Assembly (NCBI GenBank): GCA_951406725.2
Contig: OX597815.1
Span: forward strand, 102,610,001-102,674,000
From: Octopus vulgaris
Lineage: Eukaryota
Reading direction: 5' to 3'
Length of the DNA stretch: 64,000 bases
Part shown: positions 1-13,368 of the stretch, in pieces
How the letters are laid out: each line of letters starts with the position of its first letter
Position numbering within the stretch: position 1 is the stretch's first letter
The notes under the pieces: generated by a model
The model's input: only the letters and a program-made list of their open reading frames with translations
What the model was told of the DNA's origin: nothing
Databases searched by the model: none
Position numbers and translations under genes: made by a program

Positions 1-729
1 AATCTACACTGTTTCTTTTTTGTCATCCTTATATTGAGGATTCCACGGATCGCTGTTTCTGAAGACCAATGTAAGGGTAAGTTACAACTGTATGAAAAAC
101 ATTTGTTGCACAATGAGTCAAAATGCAATTATTCTGTGGTTACACAAGCAACTGCAGTGGTTAAAAGAGGTCTACTCCTACAAAGTAAATTCTTAGAAAG
201 AAATATCATAACATCATAAAATGCAACGTGCGAATGAAAAAAAAAGCCACCTGTTATTCACAAGCGAGTATGACCTGGTAACATTTACCTTCTGTTCGCT
301 TGTTGTTTTAGGTACTTAGGTAATCTCGAGCAGATATGGACACCTTCTCGTCCCTACAACTCTTGATTCAGCAGAACATCGTAAGTGAACATTTAGAAAG
401 AGAGAAGGCTGCAGCAGCACACTGCTGCTATTCAGTTTCATCTGAGAAGATTAGAGTAACTGAACCGAACTACTTCTGACAAAGCACACAATGCAGTGCC
501 CAGTCTAGGAATAGAGCCCATTACTTTATGATCGGTAACCAAATGCCCTTATCATTAGGTGCATTCATTTCCATTGAATGATAGAAGACATATTAGAAAA
601 GTGTTTGCACCGACAAAGCACCTTTTTCACCTTTGTGGTTTGGAAAATTCTCCACCACAATGCAAACACAAATACATCTACAGATCATAAACTATCGAAA
701 GAAATACGATTATAACATGGATATTTACA

Positions 730-732
730 GAG

Positions 733-811
<79 letters not shown>

Positions 812-838
812 CGGAGAGTGAGAGGGAGGGAGAGAGAA
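730..838. repeat. (GA)n microsatellite
   Basis: Direct reading: long gagaga run with degenerate ends. Confidence 0.97.
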
Positions 839-1177
839 AGCAAAATCATTTACGGAAATGATTTAAGCTCAAAACTCTATTAACCTTAATTCTGAAAGTA
901 TGTTCGAAATTCATCGTTAAGTGATAGTCTAATCCTATTGAATAATTTCAAAGCTTTGTGAACAGAATCCAGTGTCATTGATCATATAACCTATGAACAT
1001 AATCAATCCAAATAAAGTTGGTACTATTGTATTTGATGGTGTCCAGTACCTTTTAAACATCGTAACATCCATTTTGCATTTTAGTTTTCATTATCACTCT
1101 TTCAAGTATGGTTGTTTGTGAAATACATCATACTGAAGCAATGGCTCTCGTAAAATAATGTTGCTTACCGTTATGTT

Positions 1178-1290
1178 ATATATATATATATATATGTTTG
1201 TGTGTGTGTGTGTGTGTGTGTGCGTGTGTGTGTGTGTGTGTTCTGTTGTGAGTGCATGTATGTACATACATACATACATACATACATACA

Positions 1291-1349
<59 letters not shown>
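1178..1349. repeat. Compound microsatellite (TA)n-(TG)n-(TACA)n-(TA)n
   Basis: Direct reading; explains ORFs 1094..1315 and 1158..1403. Confidence 0.97.
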
Positions 1350-1352
<3 letters not shown>

Positions 1353-2249
1353 AATATTTCTGAAATTACATCGGGAATACTCTTTAAAGTGGGAAAACGC
1401 TAGAATGTTTCATAAACAAGAATTAGGGGTCTATAATGTTTAAATTAACTGTATGAAAAGAGAGAAATACAATACAATTCAAAGCAAATAGACTAAAAGT
1501 TGCACCCTTACGCAACCATACACGCATTAGTACAGGAATTTGGGATTACAGAGGTGCTACATGCAAGCAAGTCGAAATATCATTCAAGATGTGGTTACAA
1601 AAAAGAAAAAACAAAGAAAGAAAACGTCGTTCAAAATAAACGAAGGTAGATACTAAAACATAATTTTGCTTACATTTCTGTTATTTCCTGGGGTAATTTC
1701 TTTTATAATATAATTATTTTTTTGATTGCACTACATCGGGCTATACAATTCTCTTACTTTCTATGTCAAATGACATAAAGAACAAATACCAGAAACAATG
1801 TGCCATTATGCAAAATTTCATTTGGATAGGTGCAAAACTGTGGCCTACAACCCGCAACATGAAAACATACATTTATTATCATATATTTAGATAAAACTTA
1901 CATTTATACGCATATCGTATATTTCACCGAGGTACAAATTGTGTTTTGGAATGTTTGCGTTCATAAAAATACAAATACATCGGCCATCAACCTAAAATAA
2001 AGTGAGGGAAATTCCAATTCAATTTGATTATTTACAATCGTACCGAAAAAGCCATAAAACAGACGATGTCAATACTTCACAAAATTTAAATTTCCTATGT
2101 TTATGCGTATAAAAACTACTGCAAGATGCATTAATAAGCAGAACCTTAGCTGTACTCAGAATTATTATGATCATTTTTGAAAAACACAAGGAATGTGTAT
2201 ATAAAATAGGAATCCACTACAGAGTATTTTATAAAATAGGTCTACAGCG

Positions 2250-2760
2250 ATATATGTATTAATATAAGCAGCTAGGCACAATATAATAACATAAAAGAAA
2301 GATTTTATCGTCACTGATTGTGAGTGAGGGTGTCAAAGCACCTATATTGCAAGAGATAAGAATTAAAATCTCTTAATGCTGTATGAAACGTGTAATATAT
2401 ATATATATATATACACACAAACAGTGGAGGTTAACCGCCCTATGAGCGTTTCTAGGATCCCTAGACTACACTAAGTCTGCCTATCAGTTGCAGGATCGTC
2501 AGCATTGACTACCCAAACGCTCAGTGGCTTGGCTAAATCCGGCTGTCAGTATATATATTTTTATCATAAACATTTATGGCTGATTTAGTGAAATGCTAAT
2601 CCGTGTATTAAAAACTAATAGAAACAGCTTGACGTAATATAATACCATAAAGTAAAAATTCTTATCGTCACTAATTGTGACTGAAGGAGCCGAAGCACCT
2701 GTATTACAAGAAATAAGAATTGAAAACCCTTAATACTGCAAGAAACGAGCAATATATAAA
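2250..2760. repeat. Diverged direct repeat pair (~2250-2400 and ~2600-2757) flanking a GC-richer structured insert
   Basis: Shared blocks aatataata(a/c)cataaa, ttatcgtcact(g/a)attgtga, aagcacct(a/g)tatt(g/a)caaga(g/a)ataagaatt and gaaacg(t/a)g(t/c)aatatat occur in both copies about 357 bp apart. Confidence 0.8.
2443..2523 (-). ncRNA. Degenerate type III hammerhead-like motif
   Basis: Minus strand reads UGAGCGU-U ... CUGACGA ... GAA-ACGCUCA, giving a 7-bp stem III. Stems I and II are imperfect, so probably a relic. Confidence 0.35.
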
Positions 2761-2879
2761 CATTGACAGGGGGTGTATATATATATATATGCCTACACTA
2801 TATATATCTCAAGCGTTAAACTAATACATCTGCTTATTCCTACACCTGTCAACGTCTTTTGTTTTCTGTAAATTGAAAC

Positions 2880-2915
<36 letters not shown>

Positions 2916-3135
2916 TGTATGTATGTATGTATGTATGTATGTATGTATGTATGTATGTATGTATGTATGTATGTATGTATGTATGTATGTATGTATGCAT
3001 GTATGTATATACGTATGTATGTATATGTGTGTGTGAGTGAGAGAGAGAGGGGAAAAGGAATTGACAGTTTTGTAAGGTGAATTCTACAGTTAAAGATATG
3101 ATTCTTTTCTTTACGTATTTTTGCTTTATATATGT

Positions 3136-3170
<35 letters not shown>
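2880..3170. repeat. (TATG)n, (TG)n, (GA)n and (CA)n microsatellites
   Basis: Direct reading. Confidence 0.95.
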
Positions 3171-3172
<2 letters not shown>

Positions 3173-4603
3173 TAAAAGAATTGGTTAAATTGAATGTCCA
3201 TTGCAAAATGTTTGGAAAAATATGTGAATGATGTATATAATCAAAATTTCGTGATTAAATACTATATCTGTTTCTACTGCTTATGTACAAAGGTTATCAG
3301 TCACACAAAATATTACATAAGCTGTAGGTATTTAATTAATTTGAATGAACTAATTAAAGCATTTTATCAGAAACTAAAACTGAAATATCAAAATATTTAA
3401 TCCTTTTGGGGTTGAGAAAATAAGTTCCAGTTGATTACTGGTGTCGGTATAATCGACTTACTCTTCCTCCAAAATTTTTAGCCTTGTACCAAAATTTGGA
3501 AGCAATATTTCTGACAGAAGCATAAAGCTTCAAATACTATCGGTTATTACGCCTCCAATACTTGGTTGATATTTTACACTATTTATCCTAAGAAGCCAAT
3601 GCTAATTCAACGGATTTGAAATCATAATAGTCCTGACCGTATTGAACAACATATGAAGCTGCATCGTGAAAGTTGACTGACGGAGGGCAATAAATATTTC
3701 TGAAATACAAGGCCAGAATCTGGAGGGAGGATGTTAGTCGATACACTCAATTGTTATACTGAACGCGTATTTGAATAGCAGGCCTCGGCAAAACTGGAAC
3801 TCAAAAATATAAAGAACAATGACTAAATTCCACATTGTATTTTGTTGAATACTCTAACGATTCTACCAATCCACTTTTTAAATAGCAAATGCTTCTAGTT
3901 TTGACATAAGGTGAGTAATTTTGAGGGGCGTGGTTATTTGATTACATCGGCACCAGTATAATTATAAAATAAAGTGGTAGTTTATTTTATCGTTCCTGAA
4001 TAGATGAAAGTCAGAGATAACGTCTGTAAAATTAGGAGCATTTTGTACGACGCTCTAACAATTTCGAAAATTCATCTCCATTCTAGCAATGATAATAATA
4101 TCACTGCCAACATCTAATATTCCTATCTATCACCTAAAATTTCTCAGCGATATGAGAAATGTTGAAAGTAACCTCACCTGTCACCCACCAACAAATGTTT
4201 CATTATCGTGTTACTATCACAAGCAGCTGCAAGCATTAAACTACGAAAGGGACATTTTATTAAGCAATAAATAATTAAGGTAATTTGGATACCATTAGCT
4301 TGAAGTTTGCACCGTTATTAAGGCATTCGTTAATTGTGCGAATATATCAACGTTTAATGATTACCAAATAAACAGTTCTCTTGTGTCTTGTCAAACCTGG
4401 ATAAGTACCTCGTGTTAGTGGATATATTTAATATACTCTATGTGATATCTGTCAATTGTGATGTCCTCTAATTTCTGCTCATCTGCTTCGATACCTACTT
4501 TTCTCCCTTTAGATGATATTTTCTAATGTGGTTTCATATTGCATCATTTAGTCTATTTCTGTTATACCTTTAACTGCTACAACAACCGAACGCCGACGAC
4601 TAC

Positions 4604-4637
<34 letters not shown>

Positions 4638-5195
4638 GAGAATCAAGAGAATGTGTGTGTGTGAGAGAAAGAGAGGGAGAGAAAAGGTGATTGCATAAAA
4701 GAGCCAAAGAAAGAATGAGATAAAGTGAAGTGAAAGAGTGACAGAGAGGTGTATAAGGGAGGCAAGAAGAATTGAAATCACCAAACTAAAGGGGAGACAG
4801 TGGAGAGATATAAATATGTAAAATGGAAATGGAAATGAAAGTTGCTACTTCTAATATATTTGTGACGACAAGTATGAACTAGATCTTCAGTAGACTGTTT
4901 TCCTATGACACACACAAGTTTGTTTCCGACCTAGAGAAGAAATCTCTAAGTGGTCACCCACCCTGGAATAAATAGTTGAAAATTATTTCTCGAATCACAC
5001 TTCAATGTCTTTATATATATATATATTAATATTTATCGCCGTACTAATATGGCAATCTTATAAATATAAGACTAAAGCTGTCGATGATTAGCTCCAAGAG
5101 GCCACCGCCTCAAGCTAGCTATTTGACACACAATCTGCGTCCATTATAGACTTTCGAACAGGGGAGGTCAGCCGCTTCATCCTGCTAGTCAGACA

Positions 5196-5238
5196 GCTGC
5201 AGACGCGTTTCAGGGTAGTTGCCATTTATCAATGCAGC
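5196..5238 (-). ncRNA. Minimal type I hammerhead ribozyme (U3-A8 core variant), minus-strand copy
   Basis: Exact reverse complement of 5633-5675. Confidence 0.75.
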
Positions 5239-5632
5239 GTAGTCAGACCCAGCAGGTGTCGCTACTGACTGTCCCTGTTCGAAGAATCTATTTACCTAGT
5301 TTCGGTGGAATACATCCACTTGTTTTCAATAATAGAAATATTAAAATTACTAAGTCTCTCTAAAAGAGATTACGGCAGCGTTACTGGAAATTAATAGGCG
5401 GTGGCCTCTTGGAGCTAATCATCGACAGCTTTAGTCTTATAGCTATAAGATTGCCATATTAGTATGGCGATAGCTATTAATTTCCAGTAACGCTGCCGTA
5501 ATCTCTTTTAGAGAGACTTAGTAATTTTAATATTTCTATTATTGAAAACAAGTGGATGTATTCCACCGAAACTAGGTAAATAGATTCTTCGAACAGGGAC
5601 AGTCAGTAGCGACACCTGCTGGGTCTGACTAC

Positions 5633-5675
5633 GCTGCATTGATAAATGGCAACTACCCTGAAACGCGTCTGCAGC
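5633..5675 (+). ncRNA. Minimal type I hammerhead ribozyme (U3-A8 core variant)
   Basis: Stem I GCUGCA(5633-5638)/UGCAGC(5670-5675); core UUGAUAA; stem II AUGG-CAACUA-CCCU with one mismatch; GAA; palindromic stem III ACGCGU; GUC cleavage triplet, cut after 5669. Stem I extends via CCUGCUGG(5615-5622)/CUAGCAGG(5683-5690). Confidence 0.78.
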
Positions 5676-6103
5676 TGTCTGACTAGCAGGATGAAGCGGC
5701 TGACCTCCCCTGTTCGAAAGTCTATAATGGACGCAGATTGTGTGTCAAATAGCTAGCTTGAGGCGGTGGCCTCTTGGAGCTAATCATCGACAGCTTTAGT
5801 CTTATATTTATTGCCATATTAGTATGGCGATAACTATTAATTTCCAGTAACGCTGCCGTAATCTCTTTTAGAGAGACTTAGTAATTTTAATATTTCTATT
5901 ATATATATATATATATATTATATAATGGGCTTAGTAAAATAAATTACTTTGCCACATACTGAACTTAGTAGAAATAGCAGCCAAAAAAATTTTTCTTAGC
6001 ATTTCTACTACTTAAAGAAAATTTCTCTCAGATAATGTTTATTCTAGACATCTCACGAAGGTTTGGGGGTAAATACAGAAAAATATCACAAGTACATAGA
6101 TCG

Positions 6104-6166
6104 TTTGAGTACGTCAACGTTTCAAGATTAGCCAAATAAAATCAGCATTTCTTTCGTCAGCTCAAA
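6104..6166 (-). ncRNA. Type I hammerhead ribozyme, minus-strand copy
   Basis: Reverse complement of 6661-6723. Confidence 0.85.
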
Positions 6167-6660
6167 ATTTCTTAATTTGGATTTGGAAACACTAAAAGAA
6201 GGAACTTTACCTATCAGCGAACTTGTCGCTTCAGATGAACCACTCCAACTAAACAGTGTCAACAAATTCAAAATGCGCAGGCGTAAAATTCTGCACTCCC
6301 CATTCCACCCACGTGGTCTATCTAGCAAACATTATATTTTAACCGCGAGAACCAAGGCAGTATGACCGAGAGAAATGAATTATAATATCAACAATTGAGG
6401 GTAAAATTAATTAATTAATCAATTTCACCAAGTGTTGATATTATAATTCATTTCTCTCGGTCATACTGCCTCGGTTCTCGCGGTTAAAATATAATGTTTG
6501 CTAGATAGACCACGTGGGTGGAATGGGGAGTGCAGAATTTTACGCCTGCGCATTTTGAATTTGTTGACACTGTTTAGTTGGAGTGGTTCATCTGAAGCGA
6601 CAAGTTCGCTGATAGGTAAAGTTCCTTCTTTTTAGTGTTTCCAAATCCAAATTAAGAAAT

Positions 6661-6723
6661 TTTGAGCTGACGAAAGAAATGCTGATTTTATTTGGCTAAT
6701 CTTGAAACGTTGACGTACTCAAA
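6661..6723 (+). ncRNA. Type I hammerhead ribozyme with canonical core
   Basis: Stem I UUUGAG(6661-6666)/CUCAAA(6718-6723); core CUGACGA(6667-6673); stem II AAGA/UCUU plus GCUGA/UUGGC; GAA(6704-6706); stem III ACG-UUGA-CGU; GUA triplet, cut after 6717. Confidence 0.88.
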
Positions 6724-7090
6724 CGATCTATGTACTTGTGATATTTTTCTGTATTTACCCCCAAACCTTCGTGAGATGTCTAGAGTAAACATTATCTGAG
6801 AGAAATTTTCTTTAAGTAGTAGAAATGCTAAGAAAAATTTTTTTTGGCTGCTATTTCTACTAAGTTCAGTATGTGGCAAAGTAATTTATTTTACTAAGCC
6901 CTAATTATATAATGTAATATTTTGAATTCGCCTTAAATGGTCCTTTTACATACTGAACACTTGGTGAAATTGATTAATTAATTAATTTTACCCTCAATTG
7001 TTGATATATATATATATATATATAATTCAATTATATCATCATACAGCTGCTGCTTCAGTATAAAGCACATTATCAAGAGCCCTCTCTCAG

Positions 7091-7372
7091 TTGTAACTGT
7101 TAAGACCCTGGATCTCGCCCACAAGTCCAGGCTTGCATGATAAATTCAGCAATGCTACAAGATAACCTAACCGAAAGAATTACACCGGGTTAAAGGAAGG
7201 CGACTTCAAAAGATGTTATGCAAACCACCTATCTTCTGTCCGGCACAATGACAAAGTTAAAGTCACTAAGTTGACTAGCCATGTATTGGGTTTGGAGACC
7301 AATTCCATACCACATCCTATCCAGTGGAAAATCTTAGAAAAATCTATGCCATATATTAATGGATCAGAAAAT
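7091..7372 (+). pseudogene. Penelope-like element GIY-YIG endonuclease remnant
   Basis: Manual translation across a stop and frameshift: CNC*DPGSRP...C then NYTGLKEGDFKRCYANHLSSVRH...TKLTSHVLGL...IQWKILEKSMPYING. This matches the CxC-linker / YIG..FK.RY.NH..SF / W.I...PY pattern of PLE endonucleases. Non-coding 3' sequence may continue to ~8320. Confidence 0.8.
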
Positions 7373-8325
7373 TTCAGCTAATACAAATAAATGGACAAAT
7401 TTCTTTTGGAGAATTGGAGAACATCGCCTTCACCAGATTGAGCAGTTGTATCGCAAACTATGGATCCTTCTCCGTTGATTCTACAATTAGCTTTAGTAGC
7501 GGGACGTGTAGAAATTCCACAGAACGAAAAATATTAAGAGAAACTATTTAAGAAAGAAAGAATGATTTTTAGTTTTATTTTGCTAAGTTATGCCACTTCC
7601 AGTCACTATAATATACTATATGATTTTAAAATTTTCCCTTTGCTAAGCACTGTATATTTCTTTCTTTCTCTTATCTGTTCAACCAAAAATTTTAACCATG
7701 TAATTCCTCTCTTCATATCTTTAACATTTCTCTCTTTCACTTCACCTTTCCCTCCCGACCATACAATACGTCACTAACACGTCTCTCACCCACTTTTCTC
7801 TCACCGTCTTTTCCTCTCACAATCTATTTCTCTCGTCCTTTCTTCTCCCTTCAACTAACCACGTGATGTATTTGGTCTGAGTGTGATATTATACTCCTCT
7901 CTTCTTTCTTCCGTGCTCACAGTTCTCCCCGCTCTCTCACTTTTACTCCACCTGTTACTCGCTCCACCTCCATATTCACTCACTAACTAAAGTATATAGA
8001 TTATGGCTTTACGAACAAAGGGGATGTAACACTAAGTTTTCCTTTTCTTTTTCAGTTTATTTCCCCCTGCCATTTTTGTATCCACCCTCCCGCTTTTTCT
8101 CGTAATTTCTCTTGATCTAGCATCTTGATTTGTAATTTGTATAGGCCATGTTCTAAGAGCTTGAAGTGGCGTGTTATTAAAACCTGCCTAGGTTCTATCT
8201 CCAATGAAGGAAACTATTTATAACTTGTAACTGTATACTTTGTACATTAAATCATATTTATCCCTCACTGGATGCAATACACTTTTTTGTGCGTCTTACC
8301 CTAACAGAAAAGTAAACAATAGATA

Positions 8326-8331
8326 CGTGTG

Positions 8332-8372
<41 letters not shown>

Positions 8373-8379
8373 AGAAATA

Positions 8380-8449
<70 letters not shown>

Positions 8450-8516
8450 ATGTGTGTGTGTATATATATATTATATGTATACGGAAAGAAGTAATATATA
8501 TATATATATATATATG

Positions 8517-8564
<48 letters not shown>

Positions 8565-8590
8565 CACTCACACACACATATATCTATATA
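8326..8590. repeat. (TA)n/(TG)n compound microsatellite
   Basis: Direct reading. Confidence 0.95.
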
Positions 8591-10349
8591 TAACGTATAC
8601 TGGTATATAATCGCAGGAACACATGCACGCATACTCGCACACATGCGCACATACTCATGTCTGTGAACATCTATCTGTTTTTCTATTCTCGCTGTGTAAC
8701 ACCATTATTTTTTGTTAGCTTTTTTAAAAATAAAAAGACCGTCATTGTCTCAATGTCCTTTTCTGTAAATTTCATATCCTCTCTCTCTTGCCTATTTAAA
8801 ATAAAGTCATTGGCTGCATTCTAGGGAAATGGATTTGATAAACCATAAACATATTAGTTTAACTTTAGACTGATTTTTATTTGAATCGTTCGATTTGTCA
8901 ATCAACAATATACATGACACAGTGATACAGTTGATTTATCACATTAAATTAAGGTGAGACATTTTTTAAGCGTGTTCCCAGCATTTGTAAATTTTTTGTG
9001 TCATTGTCAGAGTGACGGAAACTGGCACGATTTAATCTTCTAAACTTGCACACAGCATAGCCAGACGAGAAAAGGTAGCGCTCGATAATATTTTTCAGCC
9101 ACTCAAAATGAATATAGGGGAGTGAGAAAATTATCCCCAATTAAGGAACCTAGAAAAATCGCTTACAGAAGAGTGGACTCGTCTAAATAAAGATCAAGAT
9201 GTCTGTGTTAAAGAAGTGACGGGATGAAGCCTACAACATATGGAGAAGCGGCCTACTCAATAGATTCCGACACTATTTTCATCTACCTAGACTTTGGAGA
9301 TCTCGATGCTACAGTAAAATATACTTTACTGAGACACCATGTGGTGGGACTGAACATGAAACTACGTAGTTCCGATACGAACTTCTTAACCACATAACTA
9401 TTCCAGTGCCACTTACAATAAAGCGAAAGTAACTAAATACCGTAGGATATTTAGTTCGGCATTTTATCGATTCTAACATCCTTTCTTTTTCATAAACGTT
9501 GATAATAATGTTGATAAAGAATATTTATCGTGAGTATTTACCTTTTGCCCTACAGCACATGGCTTAGATAATATAATATAATTCAGAAAATCTATCTCTT
9601 TATGATAATATTCGAGTTTCATAATTGATTCTTGAAACTGGTACAAGGCAACAAATTTTGGAGCGTAGTTATAGATAATTCAGTCGATCATAGTACTAAA
9701 CAGGTATTTTTTTAATCGACCATAACAAAATTTTAACTCTGAACATAAAGGGACGTAAATAAATACTATTCAAACGATTTATTGACACTGCCAATCTGTC
9801 GACTATAATACTGAGATGGTAAAATATGGTGGATAGTTGGCAGGAACAACAGAACATCGAATAAAATGTCTTGCGGTATCTTGTCACACTTCTTTACTTT
9901 TTACGTCCAGTTCTACCAAAATCAACTTGTTCCTTCATTTTTTTATCCGAAGGCGGTAACAAAACATAGCATTAAAATGGTCAATAGAATCGACTACAAC
10001 CGTTCCTACAAATTCTGGTGTTTAAGACTACATTGCTAGTCAACACTAAAGTTTTCATGATAATCTTAAATATATTTAAAAATGATGATGGATATTCAAC
10101 TAAAACTTTGAGTTTTAAGTTGAAAGATGAGGTAAAAAGGATAGAACACATTCATTTTATTCTATATTAAAATCAAATTGCACCATAACCCGTATAATTT
10201 TTCGTATCTGACACTGGGATCTAGATTAGCATGAATAAAAAGATTAAAGTAAACACTTTCCTTATCAAGATGATTTTCAATACAATCAGTGTATATATGA
10301 ATTTCTTAACTGTGGTAATATCAAATATAAAATAGTTTGCTCTGAATTA

Positions 10350-10545
10350 TTGGAATCGTTAGATCACCGGGTAAAACGCCTTGCACTATCTGTTTCGACG
10401 CTACTTAGTTTAAATTCTAATCAGGCCAACTTTCTCATTCATCTTTCAGGAGTCGATAAAATAATTACCAATCAAGTACTGGAGTCGATTGTATCGACGT
10501 ATTCTCCCTCCTCTTCCAAATTTCAGACCCTGCTGGCATATTAAA
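10350..10545 (+). mobile_element. SINE remnant with Meta/MESC-type central domain
   Basis: tttctcattcatctttcaggagtcgataaaataattaccaatcaagtactgg resembles the gcctttcatcct..ggggtcgataaa..agtaccag core seen more clearly at 24961-25175. Other decayed copies at ~3400-3500, 3700-4070 and 27720-27880. Confidence 0.7.
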
Positions 10546-11519
10546 AACAATAATAAAAACAACAAAACTGCCATGTAACGGATAGAAAACTCTTGAGTGT
10601 ATTGAACAGTGTGTAGTTTTAACCAGGCATAACGCAGCTACTTGGCTAGACGATCTTCTAGATGGCCGTAGAAATTGCTTTAAATAGCAGCCACATCTTC
10701 CTTAAATCACACACAACTATCTTTAAAATGTCAGGACATTTTGGATAGCATAGTTACCCTTAGATATTTTGTACCTGAACAAATGACAGGTTAGTCACTG
10801 TTAGACCAATTATGGTAATATGTATAATCAATTAGAGATGAGCTTTCATAAGAACAACAATAATCGGGTTTGATTCAATATCCATCAGCGAATTATCATA
10901 CACAACATATTTACTCATATTACTTTGCGGTTTGATTTCAAATCCCCACGAAACCAGCCTTTCCTTGCCTCTGCACACGAAAATGGTATCCGTGAATGCT
11001 AGATTTAACCAACTATATGCGAATGAATTTCAATATCATATAGGATTGATATTAATATATCTATCTTAGTGCTTTGCAACATTCAGCTTGCTTGTTTCTC
11101 ACTGTGCAAAATGTAAATTAAGAAATATCTTTGCATTTAGTAGAGTAAAATAAACTTGGATATGAGCGGATTTCATCTTACGACAAATTGGTAACAGTAG
11201 AAAATATCTATTTAGAATTGTACTGTAATCAATTAGTTCTAATAAATAGTAAATACGTGAAGAAGTAGAAGGAATTTGACTCTTTTTAAAGAAGAGTCAG
11301 AAAATATGCTTTTATATAATGTTTGGTCCGAAATATAATGGTGGCTGAAAATGTGGTACGGAACTATTCTAGTTGATGTTAACATCAAGGTAAATATTCA
11401 GAATAGACATTTAAATACATAAAAGAATATTCAAAATATTTTTAGCTCAAAAAAATGAGTTGCGACGTGTAAGATTTATATTTCGGGATTGAGTTTCAGA
11501 TGTGCATGTGAGGGTCGCC

Positions 11520-11850
<331 letters not shown>

Positions 11851-13330
11851 AATACTCACTTTCTCATATCCACAGTAATTTTGCTCCAGTAATTTTTCTT
11901 ATACAAAAATATTTCTAAATTTACATGTACAGTGGAAAACAAGCGAGGTGAATGCTGCAAAGCACTAAGATAGATATATTAATATCAATCCTATATGATA
12001 TTGAAATTCATTCGCATCTTTTTTATTTATCCGTAAAATGTTTATCGATTTACGAGAAAGATAACAACGATCATAGGGTTATAATCCTGTTGCCAAGGGT
12101 AACATTTGAATACCAAGCCCTGTATTATTTTATACAAATAAAAATTGTTACTATTCTCTCTAAATTTAGATACGATTTGCCATTACATCAAGCTGATTTT
12201 CCGTTATAAATTACAAATCAATTTCGTTTGAAAGCACTTTACTGAACTGACAGGATTTGAGTCTACACATTATGGAATTTAATCTAGGATCCAGTTCTGT
12301 GAAATCAATTAAATTCTATAAATATTAACACATCTCAATACATTTTCTTATTGTCATAGGATTCTAAACTAGTAGTTGATTTCCTAAGTAGACTAAGTTA
12401 GCACGAGTATTAACGTTTGAAAAATGTTTCAGGCTGGTGAATAGTTTCTTTACTATGAAATTCATATATATATTGATCGCATTACATGGTGCTGTGTACA
12501 TTTATAAATAACAGTAATTAATTTCGTAAAAGATATAGATCGTGTGAGATTTCCAATATCACTGTCGCAATTTCGACCTTTAAGTTATCAGTCATCAATT
12601 ACAATCTTAGGGAATGATGAGTTAACTCATTTAGGCAAATAATTTTTATAGAATTATATTTATAATCATACATTTGGCGATAAAACTCAGAAATTTACCG
12701 AAAATTCAGCTCATAATGTGTATTGTTAATTTCTGTATTGCTTCGATAAATCCGTAATATAGATTCTATACCAGAGCACAATCACAATTAGTACGAGATA
12801 GCAATATTTTTTTTTCATTTTCATTCAAGGAGTTTTCTATTTTTATTATACTGATGAGGACAAGAACGGTTATGTCTATAAGGGATGCGAATGTATTTTG
12901 CTGAGTTAACAGTTGTTAAGAGGAAGCGTATGTTGCACAGAAATTTTGAGAGAGAGACGCATTTTGTTGTAGAATTGTTTAGTACCGAAAGTAAGACATA
13001 ATAGTATAACATGATCAGATAAAGTAGACGATAAGCATTCTCAAATGGAATTGACAGAGATATAGTGCGGTTGAATTTTAAGGAGACAAAGCGTGTTTAA
13101 AAAGACCGATGAGTTATTCTTCCACAACGGTACATCATAAAGTGCGTATCATCTACAAATCATCTGAATCCGTGCTGTTATATCTTATAAAAGACATATT
13201 TCACTGAAACCAAAACCTAAAATAGATTAGTGATTCTGCACTTTGCTGTTAAGTTACAGCTCATAGTTAATGGCAAGCATCAAGGTATCTTATTGTGTTC
13301 GCGATTGTTTGTTTGTGTGTGATCGCATGT

Positions 13331-13368
<38 letters not shown>

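Larger units (their letters stand above)
5025..5902. mobile_element. Hammerhead-bearing non-coding fold-back element 1 (retrozyme / PLE pLTR-like), monomer 365 bp
   Basis: 5025-5396 is one full monomer on the minus strand with tattaat terminal redundancy. 5397-5902 is about 1.4 monomers on the plus strand (ggcggtggcctcttggagc at 5397 and 5762). Both outer ends abut (TA)n. No meaningful ORF. Confidence 0.88.
5917..7007. mobile_element. Hammerhead-bearing non-coding fold-back element 2, monomer about 566 bp
   Basis: 5917-~6436 is the near-perfect reverse complement of the plus arm. The plus arm 6433-7007 is one circularly permuted unit (tgttgata at 6433 and 6999). The apparent palindrome spacer 6384-6436 is the reverse complement of 6955-7007. 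Both outer ends lie in (TA)n. Confidence 0.9.

Noticed and set aside
8140-8200. ctaagagc...aaaacctgcctaggttc as a hammerhead relic in a putative PLE tail
   Set aside because: Both core boxes are mutated and stem I is absent, so it cannot be supported.
12853-12895. CTGATGAGGAC...GTCT resembling a hammerhead 5' core and stem II
   Set aside because: No GAAA box, stem III or stem I complement follows.
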